From Malacoraja senta (taxonomy: Eukaryota): 64,000 bases of DNA. The stretch's first letter is position 1, and every line of letters begins with the position of its first letter. Where the stretch lies: positions 1 through 64,000 of the forward strand of contig JAXLNO010000550.1 of the NCBI GenBank assembly GCA_038087875.1. The letters are read 5' to 3'. A program made the translations under genes and the position numbers. The notes below the pieces were generated by a model. It had not been told where the DNA came from. It saw nothing but the letters and a program-made list of their open reading frames with translations, and did not search any database. Below are positions 27,089 to 39,529 of this stretch, one piece after another.

Positions 27089-28782
27089 AGTCAGGGAATC
27101 AAGATACGGAAACAAGCCTTTCAGCCCGAGTTGTCCATGCGACCAAGTTGGCTTATTGAGCTTCTACCTAACACTGTCATTTGCCTAACATTTTATTCCT
27201 TTGAGACATTTGCTGCATTCAGTGTCAGTAAACCTTCTATAAAACATAGAACAAAATATACAATATTATCCTAGCAGAAGTAAAAGCCCCAGTAAACTTA
27301 AACTTGCAGTCAGCAGCCAAATATTCAGAATTATAAGGTCTATATGGTTTATTGCAGACTCTCTACCCAATTCTTTCCATGGGATTTTTGCTGTATTTGG
27401 AAAACCATTTCAGCTCATTACCCATTGCGGGGGATTAAGGGAAAGCAATGATTTACCACTTTAAACAATTAGATTAAAGAATTATTAATGAGCAGCGCAG
27501 AGTCTGAATCAGGAAGACAGCAAGAATAATTAATTCAATGTCAAACGAGACACAGAAAATGAAACGAAGACAGGAATATTAAAACTGGATTAATGCAAAA
27601 GATTAAAGACCAACAAATTTACTTTAATGAATTATTTCTAGACATCTCCAAACATAATTAAAATCTGAAGGAATGAAAATTCACTTTTTAGTTTTCAGTG
27701 CTAGAGAGGGTGTTTGACAGTAATTAAGAGAAGCAGGATAATTATGTTGGGATTCCCTTTGCCCTAAAATGAGAAAAAAATCTAATTCACTTATTACCCT
27801 CCTTTAACCTTCTCTCAATCTGCAAAGTGAAGGAAATTAATGTCAACATTGAATCCTTTGTACTGATGCCAAATTTTGAAGGAGGCATTTCATTAGATCC
27901 ATTCTGGTGCTCTCTCACTTGGAATCCAGCAATGATCTAGTGGTATTAATCCAGAATGTATTAGCAAATTAGTTAAATTCATTTTCCCATGGTGTATTTT
28001 TGCAACCTAAAATACATCCCCAATGCAGTTTATTACTATTTATAAGATCAATGGGTGACATTGATTAGTTCCATGTGATTTTGAAACTTAAGTAGTATTT
28101 GAATTGGACCACAAACACGAGTTTATTTGAGCTGTTTTGAAATGTAGTGTTTTGTCGTCTGGAACTCATCAATTCTCTTTTTGTTTTGCTGACGATTTAT
28201 TGGATTCAGGGAAAAAAAATCATGTCCCAACAGAAAGAAATGCTGGATTTTGTGGGACTAAATTTAGAATAAATCCAATTTGCTCTGGCTGACACGAATC
28301 ACCTCGTAAACAGACATGGTGCCTTTGGGATGATTCAGTCGCCAAAAGGCGTCTGACTCTGTGGATCGTGTTTGGAGTTTCTCCGTAGTCTTTATGGACC
28401 AAAGTGGCAGATGGGTTTTTTGTTGCGTTCGAGAATACATTTACCATTGATTCATAGCAGTGCGTCAAAATTAAATCATCAGTGTCACTGAATTACTGTT
28501 TAACAACGATCATTTCGAAGGAATATCTTTCAGTATCCAGCTTGCACCTTAGTGCAAAATTTACAGAGAATTGGAAAAAGGTCTTTACTCATGTTTGGGG
28601 GATCCTGGATCTGAACCTTTCTCCCTCCTCTCCCCAAGATGCAGCCTGCAGCTTCTGGCTGCAAACATAGGTTGCCTAATGCACTTGGGCAAAATGGGGA
28701 AAAGATTTCATAAGGAATCTGAGGGGTAACTTTTTCACACAAAGGGTGGTGAGTGTATGGAACAAGCTGCCAGAGAAGGTAG

Positions 28783-28861
28783 ACATAATTGCAGGAGAAA
28801 CTCAGCGGGTGAGGCAGCATCTATGGAGCGAAGGAAATGGGCGACGTTTCGGGTCGAGACC
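28783..28861 (-). mobile_element. short Penelope-terminus insertion inside a CR1 3' fragment (~28685-29040)
   Basis: 16-bp TSD ctgccagagaaggtag (28767-28782 / 28862-28877). Confidence 0.8.
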
Positions 28862-29337
28862 CTGCCAGAGAAGGTAGTTCAGGCAGGGACTGCCCCAATA
28901 TTTAAGAAGCCGTTAGACAGGTACATGGATAGGACGGGTTTGGAGGGATATGGACCAAATTCTGGCAGGTGGGTCGTGTTGGCCAGCGTGAGCAAGTTGG
29001 GCTGAAGGGCCTGTTTCCATGCTGTGTCACTCTATGACACTTGCAAAGTGCTGTTCTCAGTACTCCAGGAAGCACTATACTCCCTCACTATTAGTCCCGT
29101 TGATATCAGGATCCAGTATTGTGCGATCATAATGGCGAAGGCACAACATTTCAACAATATGTATCAGTGAACATGGCTATTTGCTACTCATGCCCCTCAG
29201 TTGAAAGGTAACGTCCAGGACTCCACTTTAACTCTGACAGCCTCAGCAGAGCCAGACGTTCCATTTGCTCTGCACAATTGCATAACATTTGCAATTGAAA
29301 ATCTGTTTCCTTATGTCTCAAAAACATTATGACATCA

Positions 29338-29353
29338 TCATATACTTATTAAA

Positions 29354-29395
<42 letters not shown>

Positions 29396-30376
29396 TGCGT
29401 GCGTGCGTGCGTGTGTGTGTGTGTGTGATTTCGCATTTGATTCACATCTCCTCGAAAACCCAATGGCGAAACGGTGAAAATTTTACATATCCCGGTAGAG
29501 ATTTACCTCATGATTTCAAAAAACCCTAATCTGTAAATTTGGTTAATTACTTCCTGAGGTTTTTACTAAAATTGTTCACCAATCTGACTTTTTTTTCAAA
29601 TCTAACTTCTGGTCAGTCACAATGCCTTTGCTCGTGGCCCACCTGGCACATGGCCCAGCCCCCTCCGGCTCTGGATTAAAGCAGCTGCTGTCAATGTGCA
29701 GGCGCACTGTTTTCCACGAGTTATGTCACCACCCTCCCCCCCCCCAACCCCCGTTTTTCAAAATGCGCAGATCGAAAGTCACGCCCCTCCCCGGACCCCC
29801 TCCTCCCTCTGCTAACCGCTTCCGGGTTTCCAGAGAGTCGGACCCTGTACTCTCTCTCTCCGCCTCTTTCGCAGCCCACTCACGCCCCCAGCTCCCCTCC
29901 CTCCCTCTCCCCCCCCTCCTCTTCTCACCCCCCCCTCTCCTCCCCTCCCTCCCTCTCTCTCTCCCCCTACTCGTCTCCCCCCTCTCCCCTCTCCACACTC
30001 TCTCACCCCCTCCCTCCCTCTCCCTCACCTCCCTCCCCTCCCCTCTTCCCCCCCCCACCTGTACCCCCCTCTCGCCCCCTCCTCTCTCTCCCCTGCCTCT
30101 CTCCCCCCTCCACCTCTCTCTCCCCTCCTCCTCTCTCCTCTCCCCCCTCTCCCCCTCCTACCCCTCTCCCCCTCCCCCCCTCACCCCCTCTCACCCTCCC
30201 CCTTCCCCCCTCCATCTCTTCTCCCCCCTTTCCCCACACTCTCCCCCTTCCCCCCTTCCCCCCTCCTCTCCCCTCCTCCCTCTCCCCTCCCCCACCACCT
30301 CTCCCCCCCTCCTCCCCTCTCCCCTCCCCCCCCTCTCCCCCTCCCCTCCCCCCTCCCTCTCCCTCCCATCTCCTAG
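29338..30376 (+). mobile_element. putative non-autonomous Helitron-like element containing (TG)n and a long polypyrimidine tract
   Basis: A|TCatatacttattaaaac 5' end, microsatellite just inside, CTAG|T 3' end, no TSD; no clear subterminal hairpin. Confidence 0.45.
29895..30370. repeat. ~475-bp C/T-rich low-complexity tract
   Basis: seen directly. Confidence 0.95.
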
Positions 30377-30534
30377 TGACAAATTACACCATCTCTCTCC
30401 ATCCCACCTATTTCTCTTTCTTTCTTGCTCATACTATATTTCTCTTTTTCTCTCACTTCCCCCAATTACTTTCCATACTCCACCAGCATTTCAACAGATC
30501 ATTACAAAAAAAACTTTAGATGCTGGGAGTCTAA

Positions 30535-31226
30535 TGGGCCTGTCCCACTTAGGCGACTTTGGTCGCCACATGTTCGCGGGTGGTTGCAGGGTAGTCATGA
30601 GGTGTTCCCGCATTCTGGGAACTATTCGGAGGCCTCATTATGGTCACCGCAAATTTTTCAACATGTTGAAAAATTAGCGCGGCGACCCAGAATGAAGCCG
30701 CCATTGGAGAGTAGCGAGAATTCTCGAGCCGTAGGTGGGGTCGCCAGGGAGGCCCTAATGGGTTGCCAGGAGTCGAAAGTTATCATAGGTTCTCGTAGGT
30801 TGTAGCCGTAGCTGACGGTGAATTTCATTCGCTGATTTGGAAGGAAAAAAAACGTAAGCAGTAGTTTTCGGAACCAAGGATAACCAATGTTAAATGTCCG
30901 CCGAGCTTCACAGCGATGTATCTTTGGCTTCTTAAAAGTTGTCTCCACTCCTTCTCCCTACCCCCCCCCCCCCCAATCCCCCCCTTTTAAAGGACTTACC
31001 GTACATTATGCTTTAGCCGTCTTAATTATAGCGGCAACCTTCCTGTTCATCGCGGTGTGTGTGTCTGTATCGCATTGGCTTTGCACCGTGTGAATTTCAC
31101 TCATACAGCGCTCCCCCACTTGCCCTGTTCCCCCGCCTGCATAACGGGCTGGTGAAGGAAGCGATGTGTGTGTGTTCCACTCTGACAGGCAGTCGCCTGA
31201 AAAACCGCCTAAGTGGGACAGGCCCA
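30535..31226. mobile_element. PIF/Harbinger-like MITE related to 10378
   Basis: perfect TIR TGGGCCTGTCCCACTTAGGCG / CGCCTAAGTGGGACAGGCCCA; TAA/TTA flanks. Confidence 0.82.
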
Positions 31227-31698
31227 TTAAGCAGAAACAGAAATACAGGGAGGCTCCTTGACCTGTATCTCTTTCCACAGATGCTGCTGAGTGTTTACAA
31301 CGCTTTCTGTTTTTATCAACAGATAATTAACCTGCTTCAATTTCTGATTCTTTGCCAGGTTTCTGGGCATGTCGCAAGTTCCCCCATTAAAGTAATGTGC
31401 ACAATTATTCACTTAATGAAGGTATTGCGACTAAGCAATTGGCATTTGTTTATAGCTGTCTTTGACACAGGTGCAGCAAAACTTTGTGAAGTGGAAAATA
31501 AGTGTTGACACTGCACCATTCAGCGTAACCTTTTTGAGAGCTTGGATTAATACTGTGAAATGCCTTGCAGTTTTACAATATCAAATAGCATCAATTGTTT
31601 TTTCCAGGGGTAAGGAAATAACTTCCATTTTGCTCTTGAAAGCGTATTATGTTTGTTTCACTGAAGTAATGACAGTCCTAATTTTATTGCTTTTTCAG

Positions 31699-31833
31699 TG
31701 CCAAGATCTATCTTGTAAACAAGACTTGTTAGCGTACCTAGAGCAAATCAAGCTCTATTCTCACCAGCTCAAGATCTGCAGCAAAGTCAAAGCTGAAATC
31801 CAGAATCTGAGTGAAGAGCTCATTGTTTCTGCG
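31699..31833 (+). CDS. CTNNA3: alpha-T-catenin coding exon (second-last, 135 bp, phase 0/0)
   Basis: ttgctttttcAG|TGC...GCG|GTaagt. Translates CQDLSCKQDLLAYLEQIKLYSHQLKICSKVKAEIQNLSEELIVSA; LEQIK.YSHQLKICS..KAEIQNL is CTNNA3-like rather than CTNNA1/2-like. Confidence 0.96.
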
Positions 31834-31981
31834 GTAAGTAAATCTCATTATGGACTGAAATTGGCAGCACCAATTAATTTACAAAATATTTATTATACAA
31901 CCATACTAACAATATCAATATTCATGTTTTCATATCTGTGGTTTAATAAATATGCAATTATTTTATTACCCATTCCTATTT

Positions 31982-32283
31982 TGTTTAGTTCAGTTTAGTT
32001 TAGGAATACAGCACTCGGCCCACTGAGTCCGCACCGACCAGCGATCCCCGCACATTAACACTATCCTACACACGCAAGGGACAATTTACACTTATACCAA
32101 GCCAATTAACTTACAAACGTTTGGAGGGTGGATGGAAACCGAAGATCTCGGTGAAAACCCACGCGGTCACATGGAGAACGTACAAACTCCGTACAGACAA
32201 CACCCGTAGTCGGGATCGAACCCGGGTCTCTGGCGCCGCAAGCGCTGTAAGGCAGCAACTCTACCGCTGGCCACCGTGCCGCC
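31982..32283 (-). mobile_element. V-SINE (duplicated at ~61747-62048)
   Basis: reverse complement of the consensus. Confidence 0.9.
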
Positions 32284-32654
32284 CGTTGACTAATGTTAGA
32301 AGAATCTTTGGCTGGTTGCCCATTTATCACAAGACTAGTTTGCATTGAGGTCGAGCATTTTGTTTCTCTCTCTCTGATCACTCCTCCCTTAAAGTAATTT
32401 CATTTACACACCAATTTTTAGTATGGATTACTTCAGGTATTTTGTACATTCAGTTGAGGATTTAGTTGCCTCAATAAAAACAAATGTCACAGCTATCGCT
32501 TTGGTATAGTTATAAACCAGGTGAAAAGATTTAAAGCATCTTTACGTTTCACCCAATTTATATTTCCAGTGAAGTCACGGTGAATGAAAAGCAATGAAGA
32601 CATAAAATGGATTTGATTAATTATCATCCACTTAATATTAGTGCACATAGTTAA

Positions 32655-33270
32655 GTTGAGTATAGGAGCAAAGAGGTCCTTCTGCAGTTGTACAGGGCCC
32701 TAGTGAGACCACACCTGGAGTATTGTGTGCAGTTTTGGTCCCCTAATTTGAGGAAGGACATTATTGCTATTGAGGGAGTGCAGCATGGGTTCTCAAGGTT
32801 AATTCCCAGGATGGCGGGACTGTCATATGCTGAGAGAATGGAGGGGCTGAGCTTGTACACTCTGGAATTTAGTAGGATGAGGGGATTTTATTGAAACATA
32901 TAAGATTATTAAGGGTTTTGATACGCTAGAGGCAGGAAACATGTTCCCGATGTTGGGGGAGTCCAGAACCAGGGGCCACAGTTTAAGAATAAGGGGTAAG
33001 GCATTTAGAACGGAGATGAGGAAACACTTTTTCACACAGAGAGTTGTGAATCTGTGGAATTCTCTGCCTCAGAGGGCAGTGGAGGCCGGTTCTCTTACTT
33101 TCAAGAGAGAGCTTGATAGGGCTCTTAAAGATAGCGGAGTCAGGGGATATGGGGAGAAGGCAGGAACGGGGTACTGATTGTGGATGATCAGCCATGATCA
33201 CATTGAATAGCAGTACTGGCTCGAAGGGCCGAATGGCCTACTCCTGCACCTATTGCCTATTGTCTGTTGT
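32655..33270 (+). mobile_element. 5'-truncated CR1-clade LINE (duplicated at ~62420-63035)
   Basis: YRALVRPHLEYCVQFWSPNLRKD and RTRGHSLRI..FFTQRVVNLWNSLPQ. Confidence 0.93.
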
Positions 33271-33289
33271 CTATTGTTAACTTTCGGGT

Positions 33290-34460
33290 TAGTTTATTGT
33301 CATATGCACCAGGACGCAATGACATTCCTAGCTCACAAGAAGCTGAAAGAGTATTCAATAATGAATAATACAACATTAAAGACAATGCCTTGTACAAAGC
33401 AGCAGGAAGGGGATGTGGAAGAGATGATAGGTTCAGGAATCTAACAGCTGTGAGGAAGAAGCTGTTTTTAAGTTTGGACATGTGAGCTATCAAGCTCCTG
33501 CATTTTCTCCCAGAATGTAGCGGAGAGAAAGGAGAATGGCCGGGGAGGTAGGCATTCTTGACAATACTTCCAACCTTGCTGCTGCGATGCATGGTGAAGA
33601 TGGACTCGATGGAAGGAAGTGATGTGTGATGGACTGGGCTGTGTTGACCATTCTCTGTAGCTTTAAGTAATCCAGAGCGCAGTAGTTGCCACACCAGGTT
33701 GAGATGCACCCTGTTAGAATACTTTCTGTAGCACATCTTCAGAAATTGGAGAGAACCCTTGCCGATCGAGGCCTGAGAAAGTAAATACATTGACGTGCTT
33801 TCTTAATCAATGCATCAGTGTGAAAGAACCAGGTTAGTTTGCCAGTGATATGGATGCCTAGAATTTTGAAGCTGCCGACTATCTTTGCAGCAGCTTTGTT
33901 GATGGGAACAGAGTTGATTCACCCCCTCCCTTCCATGGGTCAACAACCAACCCTTTCATCGTGCTGACATTGAGGGCCCAGTTATTGTCCTGACACCAAT
34001 GAATCCTAAGATTTAAGTTCATTGGTAAATGAATCACGGGCAAGTTGAGAAGATATTTGTTTGTGCGTCTGTAGCAAACTGTCATGATCTGGTGTAGCCA
34101 GATTAGAGCCATAAATGGAACTGATATATACAGTTATAAAAAGAGTACGTTAGAGACCACAGACAAATTGCAGGAGCATGGCACTAATGAGGTGGATTTA
34201 ATGAACTTTAGAACAATATAAAGGAGTGTGGGGAAAGTTGTGGTGTGCATTTTACACTTGAAAAAAGATGTTTTAGTAGTGGACACGGATTGAATCCACC
34301 AGAGGAGTTGGCAGATCAGAATATTATCCATTTCAATGCTATAATGTATGTTTCCCAAGCACAAATTAGATACAACATGACCGAGGATTTCAGGAACACA
34401 GTTTGTATCATACGAGCCAAATTGATTATAGTGCAATTTAAATCGGGAACTGGAGCACCA
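33290..34460 (-). mobile_element. Rex1/Babar-type LINE 3' fragment (duplicated from ~63055)
   Basis: PGHSPFSPLHSGRKCRSL..KLKNSFFLTAVRFLN, the typical Rex1/Babar C-terminus. Confidence 0.75.
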
Positions 34461-35226
34461 GTTAAAAGTTACTTTACAAATTGACACGCGGGAAGAAAGA
34501 TATCTTAGAAAAATAATGTTGTTTTTTTTTTGTGGTTTTTTTTTTGTGATATAAATTTTTATTAGAAGCAAACATATTATAATGTAGAGTAACATATTAT
34601 AATAGGAGAAGAAAAAACTTTTCATATACATCAATCACTCATACATTATTAAATTTGTCAATTGTCAGTTAATTCTGCTTCTAGTGGGTTTTTTTTATAT
34701 AGATAGAAAAAGAAAAATAGTGAGAAAGAAGAATTACAATATCAAAAAAGAAAAAGAGGTGGAATGAATTACTTATAATACGTCATAGGAGATAAGTTTG
34801 TAGGTTATGAAATATAATTATATGTTTAGGAGGAAAAAACTGCCTTCATGAAACCTGCCCAGATTAATCAATCTCCATTTTCTCTTTAAGAACGCAGTCT
34901 GTCAGTTTTCACCACAGACGGCCATTGGAATTGACAAGCATTCACTTCTATTGACACTAGTGCAACGATACTCTATTAAGCAATGTAACATACAGGCTTT
35001 AGAATTATTAACTGACAGCAAAAAAATAAATCTACAGCTATTAAAAAAAAACTACATTTTTGAAAATCCTATGGGAAAAATAACCTTGTTATTGTGAGTC
35101 TGAAACTCTAGCTGCTAACCCCCTTTCTATCAATGATGCAATTGTTTCTATAATGTGATTTTACATCCTGCGAGATTCGTTAGGAATGCAATGATCACGC
35201 TAGCATGGAACTAGCGTGATCATTGA

Positions 35227-35478
35227 CCAGGTTCAGGAACAGCTACTTCCCCACAGCCATCAGGCTATTAAACCTGGCTCGGACATAACACTGAACTTTA
35301 TTAGCCAATACTGTTATTTGCACTTTATCAGTATATTGACCATTGTGTATATATTTATAGAATGCCTTGTAGTAAATGCCTACTATGTTCTGTTGTGCTC
35401 AAGCAAAGCAAGAATTTCATTGTCCTACCAGGGACACATGACAATAAACTCACTTGACTTGACTTGACTTGACTTGAA
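35227..35478 (+). mobile_element. Rex1/Babar-type LINE 3' end
   Basis: RFRNSYFPTAIRLLN followed by gacaataaa and an (acttg)n tail. Confidence 0.7.
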
Positions 35479-35784
35479 CTATCTGTGCATACAGGTTTTG
35501 ACGTATACACTTGCATGCTGTGGTTTGTATTTCTCCACAAAGCATTGAAGATGGGGGCTGCACATGCGTCACTGCAGTGAGAATCAGAGCACCCATGGGA
35601 GCTTTCAGACCTGCAGCAGTATGCAGCTGATCCACTCCAGCTGTTGGGAAGGTGAATGGTGACAGAGAGCAAGTGTGAAATGACCAAAACTGCCTCTTGT
35701 GGCCAATGACACCCTGCTAACTGTGACGACAAAGAGCCTACAACGTTTAGGTTTCCAGCCATGCTATTCTTAACCTTATACAAA

Positions 35785-35990
35785 ACAAATGTGCTGAAGG
35801 AACTCAGTGGGTCAGGCAGCATCTGTGGAGGCTCTGGGCAGGTGACTTTTCAGATCGGAACACTTCTGAAAAAGTCATGACTCAAAATGTTGCCTATCCA
35901 TTCCCTCCACAGATGCTGCCCGACCTGTAGAGTTCCTCCAGCACTCATGGTTGCTCATGATTCCAGCTTCTGTAGTTCCTTATATCTCCA
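35785..35990. mobile_element. degenerate fold-back Penelope-terminus repeat (similar copies near 205-420, 3477-3580, 6775-6830, 7465-7575, 8960-9165, 56660-56780)
   Basis: gtgctgaaggaactcagtgggtcaggcagcatctgtggagg ... cctccacagatgctgcccgacctgtagagttcctccagcac as inverted halves. Confidence 0.65.
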
Positions 35991-36531
35991 CTGAGAACCT
36001 TCTATCTGATGTTTACCACCGTTCTCGAAGAGCTCTGCTCTAAGTTTATATTTTGCCTGCTTATATTTGTGATCTATGGCCCAATCCCAATTAAAGTGAT
36101 ACCATATTTACCTCACCTGATAGCTAAAACTTAGGTCGAGTTGGTGAATCCATGGAAATCATTGCCACAGACAGCTGTGGAGGCCAAGACATTGTGTACT
36201 TTTAAGGCGGAGATTGATAGGTTCTTGATTAAGAAGGGCGTCAAAGGTTACGGGGAGAAGGCAGGAGAAAGGGGTTGAGAGGGAAATATAGATCAGCTAT
36301 ATTGAATGGTGGAGTGGACACGATGGGTTGAATGGTCTAATTCTGCTCCCATGTCTTATGGTTTTTTGGAGTTCCAGTGTTTCCTGTTTGGACCAAGCCT
36401 CATAAATCATCCATGCAATATATGCTTGAAATTATGCTGGATGCCTCTCTTAATAGTTTGGGGCACTTACAGCACAAGACACGTTGTGTGCAGGGTGGGG
36501 TGATGGTCAGACATCATGAAGACATCATGAA

Positions 36532-36828
36532 GGGTGACATGGTGGCGTATTGGTAGAGCTACTGCCTTACAGCGCCAGAGACCCGGGTTCGACTTTGACT
36601 ACGGTGCTGTCATCACAGAATTTGTACGTTCTCCCCATGGGTTTTCTCCGAGATCTTCGGTTTCCTCCCACACTGCAAGATGTGCAGGTTTGTATGTTAA
36701 TTTGCTTGGTATAAGTGTAAACTGTCCCTAGTGTGTGTAGGATAGTGTTAGTGTGCAGGGATCGTTGGTCGTGCGGACTCGGTGGGCCAAAGGGCCTGTT
36801 TCCGCGCTGTATCTCTAAACTAAACTAA
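36532..36828 (+). mobile_element. V-SINE
   Basis: consensus match. Confidence 0.88.
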
Positions 36829-36837
36829 AAGGACAAG

Positions 36838-36912
36838 TGGGTAGACAAAAGTGCTGGAGAAACTCAGCGGGTGAGGCAGCATCTATGGAGCGAAGGAAAT
36901 AGGCAACGTTAC
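36838..36912 (-). mobile_element. short Penelope-terminus insertion
   Basis: TSD aaaaggacaag (36827-36837 / 36913-36923); near-identical to the reverse complement of 38942-39012. Confidence 0.78.
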
Positions 36913-37577
36913 AAAAGGACAAGAGTCCCCTTTGCCCACAATTCTCCCCACCATCTCTGCAGCTGCTCTGGAGAGACACTTCGCAAGGATCTGCTCTGCT
37001 GCCCTTGCATTGTAGCAGCAGCAGTGCAGCAACTCTGATCTCAGCAGGCAGATTCTGAGAGGAGCCATGCAGATACATTTTAATGCATGATGAAAAGTGG
37101 AGAAACCACCCCTGCGATTTGTTAAAGTTTTTCACAAATATCCATTTTTTTTGCACATTGTCCCATGGGATTGAAGTGCTAAGCACAGCGCCCGTTTTGT
37201 ACACCAGTCTCTAGGGAATACATCTCTTTGGATGTCTCTGTACACATCGGGCCCAAACAATCAAAACACTGTATTCCATGAATTCACTTTACCTAACAAT
37301 AATGTCGTAACAGCCCCTACAATGTTCAAAATTTAACTGAATTTAAAACGCAGATTTCTTTACACTTCATGTATTGATGAACCAAGTATTTAAATATTCC
37401 AATTTGAGCCATTGACACACTAGTGCTTCTGAATCTTTTACTTGGCATTGCCTTAATCATGGTTGGCTCTCACACTATAGTTTCCCCGTGTTGTTTGTTC
37501 TTCCTGTGACCTGCGTGGGTTACCTCCGGGTGCTCAGGTTTCCTTCCGTACTCCAAAGACGTACAGGTTTGTAGGTT

Positions 37578-39013
37578 CAGGAAATAGGACTCCTCCCATT
37601 TCCTCCAAATACAAGGCGTAGCTATGGGCACGCGCATGGGCCCCAGCTACGCCTGCCTCTTTGTCGGGTACGTCGAACAATCCTTGTTCGAGACGTACCA
37701 GGGCCCCATCTCCGACCTCTACCTCCGCTACATCGACGATAGCTTTGGTGCTACCTCCTGCACCCACATACAACTAATTGACTTCATCCACTTCACCACT
37801 AACTTCCATCCAGCACCCAAATACACCTGGACCATTTCCGACACTTCCCTACCATTTCGTAATCTCACTATCTCCATCGCAGGTGATAGACTCCTGACCG
37901 ACATCCACTATAAACCCACTGACACCCATGGCTTTCTAGACCACTCTTCTTCCCATCCTGCTTCCTGTAAGGACTCCATCCCCTACTCCCAATTCCTCCG
38001 TCTACGCCGCATCTGCTCCCAGGATGAGGTTCCACACCAGGGCATCGGAAATGTCCTCATTATTCAGGGAAGGAGGGTTCCCCTCCCCTACTATAGATGA
38101 GGCTCTCACCAGGGTCTCTTCCATACCCCGTAACACTGCTCTCTCTCCCCATCCCCCCACTCGTAACAAGGGCAGAGTCCCCCTAGTCCTCACCTTTCAC
38201 CCCACTAGCCGTCACATACAACAAATAGTCCTCCGTCATTTTCGCCACCTCCAACATGACCCCACCACTCGCCACATCTTCCCATCTCCACCCCCCCCCC
38301 CCTCCCCGTCTGCTTTCCTCAAAGCCGCTCCCTCCGTAACTCCCTGATCAATTCTTCCCTTCCCTCCCGCACCACCCCCTCCCCGGGCACTTTCCCTTGC
38401 AACCGCAAGAGGTGCTACACCTGTCGCTTTACCTCCCCCCTCGACTCCATTCAAGGACCCAAGCAGTCGTTCCAGGTGCGACAGAGGTTCACCTGCATCT
38501 CCTCCAACCTCATCTATTGCATCCGCTGCTCTAGATGTCGGCTGATCTACATCGGTGAGACAAAGCGTAGGCTTGGCGATCGTTTCGCTGAACACCTCCA
38601 CTCGGTCCGCATTAACCAACCTGACCTCCCGGTGGCTCAGCACTTCAACTCCCCCTCCCATTCAGAATCTGACCTCTCTGTCCTGGGCCTCCTCCATGGC
38701 CAGAGTGAGCACTACCAGAAACTGGAGGAACAGCACCTCATATTCCGCTTGGGCAGTCTGCACCCTAGTGGCATAAACATTGAATTCACCAATTTCCAGT
38801 AGCCCTTGCTGTCTCCTCCCCTTCTCAGCTCTCCCTCAGCCCTCGGGCTCCTCCTCTTCTTTTTTCCCTTTTCCTCTCTCCTCCCCATTCCCCCCCCCCA
38901 CCCCCCACCCTACATCAGTCTGAAGAAGGGTTTCGGCCCGAAACGTTGCCTATTTCCTTCGCTCCGTAGATGCTGCTGCACCCGCTGAGTTTCTCCAGCA
39001 CTTTTGTCTACCT
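37578..39013 (+). mobile_element. 5'-truncated Penelope-like element (RT + GIY-YIG endonuclease) inserted in a V-SINE
   Basis: RT motifs GVAMGTRMGPSYACLF and YLRYIDD; GIY-YIG motif SNLIYCIRCSRCRLIYIGETKRRLGDRFAEH..HFNS, stop at 38802. 14-bp TSD caggtttgtaggtt at 37564-37577 and 39014-39027. A few frameshifts. Confidence 0.93.
38914..38952 (+). ncRNA. candidate minimal hammerhead ribozyme in the Penelope terminal repeat
   Basis: CTGAAGA(38920)-A-GGG-TTTCGG-CCC-GAAA-C-GTT: CUGANGA and GAAA core boxes flanking a stem II hairpin. Minimal hammerheads are established in Penelope-like elements. Stem I is weak. Confidence 0.6.
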
Positions 39014-39529
39014 CAGGTTTGTAGGTTAATTGGCTTTGGTAAAAAGTTGTAAATTGTCCCGAATGTGTGTGGGATAGTGCTAATGTGTGGGGATCACTGT
39101 ATCTCTCAACTAAAGTAAAAGTGGGCAACTAACATCTACGGCTAAAATGTAACTCTTGGTTTTATTAACTACCCAGCACACCTTCATCCCTTGAATGGAA
39201 AGTGCTGTCAAGATCAAAGCAGCTTGAGTTCTGCTGCGACCACTATTCTCAAGTGATTTAGAAACAATGATCTATTCAGTGCTGCCCATATTGTTGTGTC
39301 TGGTACCTCTCGGCCATTCCACTGGAGAGTAGATTCCTACATTTGGATCACACCTCCCAATGAAACTTCTTCTTTTCACAATTAATAATTGTGTAGAAAT
39401 AGACTTCCTATAAAGTATAAAGTATAGACAAATCTAGAGGCAAAGGCTTATGGTGAGATGAGAAAAAATTAAGGAGGATCTGAGGGGCAACCCAGGATGG
39501 TGAATATATGAAATGTTGTGATAGAGGAG

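Noticed and set aside
29622..30677. 351-aa Pro/Ser/Leu-rich ORF
   Set aside because: Translation of a stop-free polypyrimidine tract.
31462..31998. 178-aa ORF as a standalone gene (also 61212-61790)
   Set aside because: Only 31699-31833 is catenin-like and bounded by AG/GT; the rest is intron read-through.
35520..37075. Candidate extra in-frame exon like the alternative exon of alpha-N-catenin
   Set aside because: The acceptors examined (~35541, ~36962) hit in-frame stops and show no similarity to catenin.
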